Assembly (NCBI GenBank): GCA_047619065.1
Contig: JBLHNA010000014.1
Span: 14,863 to 78,862 of the forward strand
DNA length: 64,000 nucleotides
Reading direction: 5' to 3'
DNA from: Desulforhopalus sp.
GTDB lineage: Bacteria; Desulfobacterota; Desulfobulbia; Desulfobulbales; Desulfocapsaceae
Shown here: positions 57,271 through 64,000 of the stretch, piece after piece
Numbering within the stretch: the stretch's first letter is position 1
Layout of the letters: every line of letters starts with the position of its first letter
Position numbers and translations under genes: made by a program
The notes under the pieces: model-generated
Told to the model about the DNA's origin: nothing
Database searches by the model: none
The model's input: the letters and a program-made list of their open reading frames with translations, nothing else

Positions 57271-57523
57271 TATAAATATTTTGTTTCAACACTGACTTAT
57301 CGGCTAACAATATTTACAATCGTTATGCTCGCATGGTGATTGAGAAAAGATAAAGAATGATATGTATATGAGATATATTACACCACATTCCTCAAATATT
57401 TGAGAAGATGATCATATTCACTTTTATTCAGAATGCTTTTGATATCATTCACAGTATACCAAATTTCCGAATCAGGAAGCATGCCTGAAAAGAGGGCTCA
57501 CCTAAAGAAATTATATTTAGGAA

Positions 57524-57739
57524 TTACTTTTCAGCAAAGAACTTCTTTTCTGCTTTTTGGCACTCTTCAATGTTTGTGAACGGCCCCATCAGCATGGTGT
57601 ATTCAGGGAACCCTCCCTGGTTGTAGAACCCATAGGCATTGAAAATTTCATTCTTGCTGCATTCAGCATTCGTTACCGATGGGCTACTAAAAAGAGATAA
57701 ACATAAAACCATCACCAATAGTCTCTTTGTTATTCTCAC
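57524..57739 (-). CDS. Small secreted protein (signal peptide + ~45-aa mature part)
   Basis: MRITKRLLVMVLCLSLFSSPSVTNA-ECSKNE...; two Cys residues in the mature part. Confidence 0.4.
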   Translation of the reverse strand: MRITKRLLVMVLCLSLFSSPSVTNAECSKNEIFNAYGFYNQGGFPEYTMLMGPFTNIEECQKAEKKFFAEK

Positions 57740-58067
57740 ATTCCACCTCTCAAGTATTTTTCAGAAGAAGGTTATATTTACTATGATATACTTTTAGGAA
57801 ATTCCTTATCAAGAAAATTCTGCATAAAAACAAGGTGATACACAAAGTTGTGTTGAAAACTGGATATGGCATTTGCATGCACGACAGCCTTGTAATAGAA
57901 AGCGAAATTATGAGAAGAATATTGCTGGTTGCCACCTACATTAATGTAGAATTGGTCGGTTTTTTACAATTTCGTAGTTCTTGTCTGTTGATGTTGATGA
58001 ATCTGGTACTTGTCATAAATAACGTATTACAGATGATTTAAGCCTGTATCTGTTTCTTTTTTCATTA

Positions 58068-58082
58068 TGGCACAACGATTGC
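58068..58082 (+). promoter_or_regulatory. Consensus sigma-54 (-24/-12) promoter upstream of the TRAP-eutBC cluster
   Basis: TGGCAC (58068-58073), AACGA, TTGC (58079-58082) gives an exact TGGCAC-N5-TTGC match. It lies 68 nt upstream of the ATG at 58150. Confidence 0.7.
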
Positions 58083-58149
58083 GCTACTGGCTGTAGACGC
58101 AATGAATGAGACCTTAAATATTAAACAATAATAGAAAAAAGGAGACACA

Positions 58150-59214
58150 ATGGTCATGGATAGGCGGGACTTTTTAAAAACAGCAGGTAAGGGTGCGATG
58201 GCGGCAGCTGCTGCAACAGCAATTAGTGCACCAATGGTACATGCTTCAAGTAAGAAAAAGCCAATTAAGTGGAGAATGCAAACCTATGCGGGGCCAGCAT
58301 TGGCTGCGCATGTGTGCAAACCTCAAATTGACATGTTTAACAAGGTTGCTCAAGGTGAGATGGAGATTGAGCTGTACACCGCAGACCAGTTAGTACCTAC
58401 GAGTGAGCTCTTCCGGGCAATGCAACGTGGAACAATTGATGCGGTTCAGAGTGATGATGATTCAATTGCTGCACCTGTTGATGTCTCGGTTTTTGGTGCA
58501 TATTTCCCATTTGCTTCTCGGTATTCTCTAGATATTCCAGTTCTTTTTAACAACTATGGCTTAAAAGAAATTTGGGAAGAAGCTTACGACGAAATTGGTG
58601 GAGTAAAGTGGCTAAGCGCTGGTTCTTGGGATCCATGTAACTTTACAACCGCAGCTCCTATTCGTAGCCTTGAAGATTTAAAGGGTAAGCGTATTTTTAC
58701 CTTCCCTACAGGTGGTAGATTTCTTAAGCGGTTCGGTGTTGTTCCTGTAACACTCCCTTGGGAAGATGTGGAAGTTGCCATGCAAACAGGCGAGCTAGAC
58801 GGCATCGCCTGGTCAGGCATAACAGAGGCATACACAGTTGGTTGGGCGGATGTAAATAAATATTATCTCACCAATAATATATCAGGTGCATGGTGTGGAT
58901 CATATTTTGCCAACTCTGAAAAATGGGAGCAAGTTCCTGAACATCTGAAAACTCTTTTTAGATTATGTATGGACTCATCACATTATTATCGTCAGCACTG
59001 GTACTGGTGGGGAGAAGCACATTATCGTACATCAGGCGGTAAACTAGAGCTTACCACTATCCCTGATGCAGAGTGGAAAATAGTTGAAGATGAAGCGATG
59101 AAGTATTGGGATGAAATCGCTGCTAAAAGCCCACGAAGTGCAAAAATTGTAGGAATTCTGAAAGATTACGCAAAAATTATGGAGAAAGCTGGAAAACCAT
59201 ATCGTAATTCATAA
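58150..59214 (+). CDS. TRAP transporter substrate-binding protein (DctP-type, COG4663-like) with a Tat signal
   Basis: MDRRDFLKTAGKGAMAAAAATAISAPMVHA twin-arginine signal. IKWRMQTY...ELFRAMQRGTIDA is typical of this TRAP SBP subfamily. Confidence 0.85.
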   Translation: MVMDRRDFLKTAGKGAMAAAAATAISAPMVHASSKKKPIKWRMQTYAGPALAAHVCKPQIDMFNKVAQGEMEIELYTADQLVPTSELFRAMQRGTIDAVQSDDDSIAAPVDVSVFGAYFPFASRYSLDIPVLFNNYGLKEIWEEAYDEIGGVKWLSAGSWDPCNFTTAAPIRSLEDLKGKRIFTFPTGGRFLKRFGVVPVTLPWEDVEVAMQTGELDGIAWSGITEAYTVGWADVNKYYLTNNISGAWCGSYFANSEKWEQVPEHLKTLFRLCMDSSHYYRQHWYWWGEAHYRTSGGKLELTTIPDAEWKIVEDEAMKYWDEIAAKSPRSAKIVGILKDYAKIMEKAGKPYRNS

Positions 59215-59223
59215 AGATTTTAG

Positions 59224-59274
59224 ATGGCCTTTCATTGCTGTAGATATTGTTTAATGAAAGGCCATTTTTGTTTC
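59224..59274 (+). terminator. Rho-independent terminator/attenuator between the TRAP SBP gene and the permease genes
   Basis: 13-bp stem ATGGCCTTTCATT (59224-59236) / AATGAAAGGCCAT (59253-59265), followed by TTTTGTTTC. Confidence 0.75.
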
Positions 59275-59318
59275 TACCGTTCAAAATACTGAGATACATG
59301 TAACAGGAGGATAGTACC

Positions 59319-59828
59319 TTGCCTAAACCAATTAAACTTTATGTCCAATATGTTTCAGCCATTAACAAGGTGGCTGGTGTATTTGCGATGTATTTAATAT
59401 TTGTAATGATGGGCATTCTCCTTTTGGCTTCCATTTCAAGAACATTTTTTGATACCCCACTCTCTTGGACTATGGAGATGGCACAGTTCACTATGAGCTC
59501 TTACTACCTGATAGGTGGAGGCTTTTCGCTTCTTATTGGCTCACATGTTCGTATGGATGTCTTTTATGGTGAGTGGTCAGCAAAGCGTAAAGCAATTACA
59601 GATGCATTTACCTCTGTTTGCCTTGTTTTCTACCTCGGCGTTTTGCTTGCTGGGGGTATATCGAGTACCCAGTATACGATCATGTATAACCAGCATAGTT
59701 ATTCTGCCTGGGAGCCACCGCTTGCCCCCATAAAGCTAATAATGCTGATTGGAATTACCCTTATGCTTTTACAATCCATAGCTAGCTTCTTCCAAGATAT
59801 TGCTGCTATACGGGGGGAGAAAATATAA
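59319..59828 (+). CDS. TRAP transporter small permease (DctQ-type)
   Basis: 169 aa with four hydrophobic segments. TTG start with a GGAGGA RBS. Overlaps the next gene by 1 nt. Confidence 0.75.
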   Translation: MPKPIKLYVQYVSAINKVAGVFAMYLIFVMMGILLLASISRTFFDTPLSWTMEMAQFTMSSYYLIGGGFSLLIGSHVRMDVFYGEWSAKRKAITDAFTSVCLVFYLGVLLAGGISSTQYTIMYNQHSYSAWEPPLAPIKLIMLIGITLMLLQSIASFFQDIAAIRGEKI

Positions 59829-61150
59829 TGAGTTATGAATTTATCGCCATTTTGATGTTTTCTACCTTAATGCTGATGCTTTTAACAGGGCAACGGGTTT
59901 TTGGTGCCATAGGTTTTGTGGCGTCGGTTGCCTCCATGTGTCTTTGGGGTAATGGTGGGTATGAAATGCCTTTTACGGCTGCAATCACCCTTCTTAATTG
60001 GTACCCATTACTGACTCTTCCACTCTTTATCTTTATGGGCTATATGCTTTCGGAGTCAGGAATTGCTAGTGATTTATATAAGATGTTTCACGTGTGGATG
60101 GGGCCTGTAAACGGTGGGCTGGCAATCGGTACAATTGTTTTGATGGTGGCAATTTCTGCCATGAATGGGCTTTCTGTAGCAGGTATGGCCATTGGAACAA
60201 GTATTGCTCTGCCAGAAATGCTAAAGCGCGGTTATGATAAGAGAATGGTAACAGGTGTTATTCAGGCGGGTAGTTCTCTTGGAATCATGGTGCCACCAAG
60301 TATTGTTTTAGTTTTATATGGTATGATTGCCAGACAACCAGTCAGTAAATTATGGCTCGCTGGTGTCTTTCCAGGTCTCCTTCTGGCCGTCATGTTTATT
60401 GTGTATATTACAGTCCGTTGCAGGTTGCAGCCTGATCTTGGGCCTGCATTGCCTATAGAAGAAAGAGATATTAGTAAGGCTGAAAAGCTTAAACTTCTTA
60501 GAGCTGGTATGCTTCCACTATTAATAATTTTTTCTGTTACTGGTCTATTTATGATGGGGGTAACAAGCCTTGTTGAAAGCTCTGCCGTGGGTGCTGCGGT
60601 AGCAACTATTGCCGCTATCGCTAAGGGTAGGTTCAATAAAGTTGTTCTTGATGAAACTCTAAAACAGACTTTAAGTATTAGTTGTATGTTCATGTGGATC
60701 ATTCTTGCCGCACTTTGTTTTGGCGCTGTTTTTGATGGTTTGGGTGCTGTTCATGCCATTGAAGCACTTTTTATGGATAAGTGGGGCTTAAGTGCATGGG
60801 AAATTCTAATAATGATGCAAGTTTCATATATCATTATGGGAATGTTCTTAGATGATACTGCCATGCTCGTTATTGTTGCCCCCCTGTATATTCCGCTAAT
60901 AAAAGCACTTGGATTTAACCCAATTTGGTATGGTGTACTGTATACTGTAACATGTCAAATAGCTTATATGACGCCTCCATTTGGTTATAATCTGTTTTTG
61001 ATGAAGGCTATGGCTCCAAAAGAAATTACTTTGACGGATATATATAGTTCAATTACGCCTTTTGTTATTATCATGGTGATAGCCTTAGGTCTTGTTATGG
61101 CATTCCCACAAATTGCTCTTTGGTTGCCAGAAACAGTTTATGCTCAATAA
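59828..61150 (+). CDS. TRAP transporter large permease (DctM-type)
   Basis: 440-aa polytopic protein in the position and of the size typical of DctM. Confidence 0.88.
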   Translation: MSYEFIAILMFSTLMLMLLTGQRVFGAIGFVASVASMCLWGNGGYEMPFTAAITLLNWYPLLTLPLFIFMGYMLSESGIASDLYKMFHVWMGPVNGGLAIGTIVLMVAISAMNGLSVAGMAIGTSIALPEMLKRGYDKRMVTGVIQAGSSLGIMVPPSIVLVLYGMIARQPVSKLWLAGVFPGLLLAVMFIVYITVRCRLQPDLGPALPIEERDISKAEKLKLLRAGMLPLLIIFSVTGLFMMGVTSLVESSAVGAAVATIAAIAKGRFNKVVLDETLKQTLSISCMFMWIILAALCFGAVFDGLGAVHAIEALFMDKWGLSAWEILIMMQVSYIIMGMFLDDTAMLVIVAPLYIPLIKALGFNPIWYGVLYTVTCQIAYMTPPFGYNLFLMKAMAPKEITLTDIYSSITPFVIIMVIALGLVMAFPQIALWLPETVYAQ

Positions 61151-61188
61151 GAGCTTAAATAGTTTAGTTTTTAAACAAGATATATAAA

Positions 61189-62559
61189 ATGACTAAAAGT
61201 AATAAACCCTCAAAAAACATTGCTACCTTACTCGCTCTGGCATCCCCTTTAAGGTCTGGGGATGTGCTTGCTGGGATAGCAGCCAACAGTGAAGAAGAAC
61301 GAGTTCTGGCCCAGTATGAGCTTGCTGAAGTTCCACTTAATCGGTTTCTAAATGAACCTGTTGTCCCATATGAAGATGATGAGGTTACACGTCTAATAAT
61401 TGATGAACATGATAGTGAAGCTTTTTCTGCCATTAAGGGATTCACGGTTGGAGAGTTTCGAGATTGGTTACTTACAGATAATGCAGACACTAAAACTCTT
61501 ACTAAGATTGCAAAGGGTGTAACTCCTGAGATGGCGGCGGCGGTTTCAAAGTTAATGAGGGTTCAAGATTTAATTTTGGTTGCTTCAAAGTGTTCTGTGG
61601 TGACAAAGTTTCGAAATACTATTGGCTTGCCAGGTACATTTTCTGTTCGATTACAACCAAACCACCCCACAGATAATATTAAAGGGATTGCTGCTTCGAC
61701 CATCGATGGTCTGTGCTATGGGTGCGGTGATGCCGTTATCGGTATCAATCCAGCCACGGATAATCTTGAGAATATTTCTCGTCTATCTTACATGCTTGAT
61801 TCGGTGATCGAAAAATATAAAATTCCTACCCAAAGTTGTGTTTTAACCCATATAACGACGACCATGGAAGCAATTGAAAATGGGGTTCCTGTTGATCTCT
61901 GTTTTCAATCAATTGCCGGAACAGAAAAGGCTAATGCAAGCTTTGGTGTTAGTCTTTCACTCCTGCAAGAGGCGTATGAGGCGACGATTTCTCTTGGTCG
62001 TGGAACGGTGGGTAATAATGTTATGTATTTTGAGACAGGCCAGGGAAGCGCTCTTTCTGCTAATGCTCACTTTGGGGTAGATCAACAAACCCTCGAAGCA
62101 AGGGCTTATGCGGTGGCACGAAAATATAATCCATTTTTGGTTAATACGGTTGTTGGTTTCATTGGGCCTGAGTATTTGTACAACGGCAAGCAAATTCAAA
62201 GAGCAGGGTTGGAAGATCATTTTTGTGGCAAGCTTCTAGGGCTGCCGATGGGAGTTGATATTTGCTATACCAATCACGCAGAAACTGACCAAGATGATAT
62301 GGATAGTCTGCTCACTTTGCTTGGTGCTGCGGGTTGTAACTTTATAATGGGTGTTCCTGGAGCAGATGATATTATGCTTAATTATCAATCTACCTCGTTT
62401 CATGATGCGGCATATTTACGCAAGATTCTTAATCGCACGCCAGCACCAGAATTTGACGCGTGGTTGAAGTCAGTAGATATTTTCGATTCTAAGAGTTGTT
62501 TACAACCTGTAACGAGGACTCATAACTTACTTTCCTTATCTGAAGAGGTCGTCAGTTGA
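61189..62559 (+). CDS. eutB: Ethanolamine ammonia-lyase large subunit
   Basis: LRSGDVLAGIAA, IGLPGTFSVRLQPN, GDAVIGINPATDN, YFETGQGSALSA, NTVVGFIGPEYLYN, IMLNYQSTSFHD. Collinear with E. coli EutB (from memory). Confidence 0.95.
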   Translation: MTKSNKPSKNIATLLALASPLRSGDVLAGIAANSEEERVLAQYELAEVPLNRFLNEPVVPYEDDEVTRLIIDEHDSEAFSAIKGFTVGEFRDWLLTDNADTKTLTKIAKGVTPEMAAAVSKLMRVQDLILVASKCSVVTKFRNTIGLPGTFSVRLQPNHPTDNIKGIAASTIDGLCYGCGDAVIGINPATDNLENISRLSYMLDSVIEKYKIPTQSCVLTHITTTMEAIENGVPVDLCFQSIAGTEKANASFGVSLSLLQEAYEATISLGRGTVGNNVMYFETGQGSALSANAHFGVDQQTLEARAYAVARKYNPFLVNTVVGFIGPEYLYNGKQIQRAGLEDHFCGKLLGLPMGVDICYTNHAETDQDDMDSLLTLLGAAGCNFIMGVPGADDIMLNYQSTSFHDAAYLRKILNRTPAPEFDAWLKSVDIFDSKSCLQPVTRTHNLLSLSEEVVS

Positions 62560-63350
62560 AATCAAATGATAAGATTGTCATTCACGATCCCTGGGAAGGT
62601 TTGAAAGAATTTACTGATGCTCGAATTGGTTTAGGCCGTTGTGGAACAAGTTTACCCTTATCTGAGGTCCTTGATTTTAAACTGGCTCATGCAAAAGCTC
62701 GTGATGCGGTTCTTCAACCCATGCAAATCGAAAAAATGATTGAAGAGTTGGCTGGGGATGGTATTGCCAGTGTTGCACTTTCTTCTTCTGTGGAAAGCAG
62801 GAACGAGTATCTTACCCGTCCAGACAGGGGGCGATGTTTGAGTGATAATTCTAAAAAAATTCTTGCTGATAAAGCATTGGAAGTAGATGTCTGCCTTGTT
62901 GTAGGAGATGGTCTTTCTTCAAGAGCCATACATGAAAACGGAATGCCGTTCATACACTCTTTTTTTTCAGTTATAACAAAATCAAGTTTTTTAGTTAGTC
63001 CTGTCTGTTTCGTCGATAATTGTAGAGTGGCGATAGCAGATGAAATAGCACCCTTTTTTAAAGCTAAGTTGAGCATTATTTTGATTGGAGAAAGACCAGG
63101 CTTAAGTTCGCCAAATTCTCTCGGTATTTATTTAACCTATGGACCAACACCTGGCACAACAGATGAATCTCGTAATTGTATTTCCAATATACGAACTGGT
63201 GGTCTGAGTATTGCGGAAGGTGTTCAAAAACTCTCTTACCTTATTGAAAATGCTTTTATTCAAAAAGAAAGTGGTGTTTATCTGAAAGATAAGATGGGAG
63301 ATGACTACTTGCCTTTTGGTGTGAAATCGTATGCGCCTATAGGGTATTAA
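62556..63350 (+). CDS. eutC: Ethanolamine ammonia-lyase small subunit
   Basis: ARIGLGRCGTSLPLSEVLDFKLAHAKARDAV, VVGDGLSSRA, ILIGERPGLSSPNSLGIYLTY. 4-nt overlap with eutB. Confidence 0.9.
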   Translation: MKSNDKIVIHDPWEGLKEFTDARIGLGRCGTSLPLSEVLDFKLAHAKARDAVLQPMQIEKMIEELAGDGIASVALSSSVESRNEYLTRPDRGRCLSDNSKKILADKALEVDVCLVVGDGLSSRAIHENGMPFIHSFFSVITKSSFLVSPVCFVDNCRVAIADEIAPFFKAKLSIILIGERPGLSSPNSLGIYLTYGPTPGTTDESRNCISNIRTGGLSIAEGVQKLSYLIENAFIQKESGVYLKDKMGDDYLPFGVKSYAPIGY

Positions 63351-63443
63351 AGCTTGTTTTTATAACATAGCTAGGTTTAACGCGGCAGTATCTTCCATGC
63401 ATCACAGAAAGATATGCACTGTCAATCTTTACCCAAACGGATA

Positions 63444-64000
63444 CTATCGGATGGAATCCAGTTGAATGCCTCGCCGCTCAAGTAAACTTCCCTCTGCGAG
63501 AAAGAGGCTCACCAGTGCAATTCTATATTCAACGATAGCCTCGATTTCTGCTAGTCTACTCACCAGCAGGTCTCGCTGTGCCTGAGCCACAAGGAGCGAG
63601 GTAGTGTCACCGACTGAAAAGCGTTCCTGTTCAGCTTGAAGGGCTTGTTCTTCCATTTCACGGGTTACTGCGCTGGCCTCTATCTGCTGTCGGGTGCGTT
63701 CAGTTTCATTTGCTGCAAGACGAACATCAAGTTGAACCATATTCTCTAAATTTTTGACTGCCGCCCTCGCTTGGTCCCTTAAGGCTCTCGCCGCAAGATG
63801 TTTGCCTTCAGCACTTCGGTTGCCAAGATAAGAGCTGAATTCTATGCCAGTAAGCAGATCATAATTTTCCTCTTCTATATTTGACCAGGCAGTGGAAAAC
63901 GATTCAGCATAACCGGTTTTACCCAGATCAATAAAGAGGTCAAGCTTAGGTAACAGTCCATTTCGTGTACGCACAACCTCAAGGCTCTCCCGCCTCTGGC
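63444..64000 (-). CDS. TolC-family outer-membrane efflux protein, C-terminal part (gene runs off the window)
   Basis: Coiled-coil/OEP repeat: AAVKNLENMVQLDVRLAANE...FSVGDTTSLLVAQAQRDLLVSRLAEIEAIVEYRIALVSLFLAEG. The frame is open to the window end. Confidence 0.7.
   Translation of the reverse strand, partial: QRRESLEVVRTRNGLLPKLDLFIDLGKTGYAESFSTAWSNIEEENYDLLTGIEFSSYLGNRSAEGKHLAARALRDQARAAVKNLENMVQLDVRLAANETERTRQQIEASAVTREMEEQALQAEQERFSVGDTTSLLVAQAQRDLLVSRLAEIEAIVEYRIALVSLFLAEGSLLERRGIQLDSIR

Noticed and set aside
57125-57310. 61-aa ORF covering repeat copy D; apparent peptide conservation (NVNHLSKPA / LQVCLNG) among repeat copies
   Set aside because: Two of the four copies carry stop codons in the relevant frames. 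The conservation is better explained at the DNA level, as a dispersed repeat rather than a coding module.

Overview
All calls below come from reading the sequence and the ORF track by eye. No BLAST, HMM, folding or GC computation was run.

**Organism and overall state.** This is a 64-kb chromosomal window. The gene content points to an anaerobic, probably marine, Desulfobacterota-like bacterium, which is an inference. The supporting genes are a monofunctional Ni-CO dehydrogenase (CooS) with an adjacent Crp/Fnr regulator, the N-epsilon-acetyl-beta-lysine osmolyte genes ablAB, TTT and TRAP transporters, and a sigma-54 promoter. Intergenic spacers are long, and there are several gene remnants: a dnaJ/cbpA-like gene, a CaCA antiporter, an aldehyde dehydrogenase, a peroxiredoxin-like gene and a stray WD40 blade.

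**Layout**
- 0.4-6.6 kb: housekeeping genes (ABM protein, tandem USP, mrp, groES-groEL).
- 6.7-12.1 kb: AT-rich block of hypothetical genes (YkgJ-type Cys-cluster protein, DUF2971).
- 12.3-15.2 kb: crp-like regulator plus cooS.
- 15.4-23.1 kb: minus-strand operon of iclR, a PotABCD-like ABC transporter, a proline-racemase-family enzyme and an amidohydrolase.
- 23.2-28.6 kb: two KamA-family radical SAM aminomutases. One is an unusual 824-aa internally duplicated form coupled to a cytosolic M23-fold protein. The other is classical ablA-ablB.
- 29-31.7 kb: marR, nnrU, HAD.
- 32.2-38.9 kb: enolase-superfamily enzyme, class IV aminotransferase, tctCAB and an atypical GntR.
- 40.2-49.5 kb: the stand-out island (described below).
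- 50.4-54 kb: redox cassette of a flavoprotein, a DsbA-like protein and an enterobacterial-like gor.
- 55.9-63.4 kb: MFS transporter, then a sigma-54-driven TRAP transporter plus eutBC.
- 63.4-64.0 kb: a truncated tolC-like gene at the window edge.

**Most interesting candidate.** The 40.2-49.5 kb island looks like a conflict/defence system.
- Gene 1 is a 1901-aa protein. It has a DUF4062/TIR-like domain, a STAND NTPase, a single TM helix and 21 WD40 blades. The blades are near-identical at the DNA level but hypervariable at surface positions.
- Genes 2 and 3 form a tight pair. Gene 2 encodes a TIR-like/TPR/SLOG-like protein and gene 3 encodes a patatin phospholipase.
- This resembles Thoeris/CBASS signalling logic, but no recognisable cyclase is present.

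**Other notable observations.** A ~50-bp dispersed repeat occurs four times, at the boundaries of accessory or decayed blocks.
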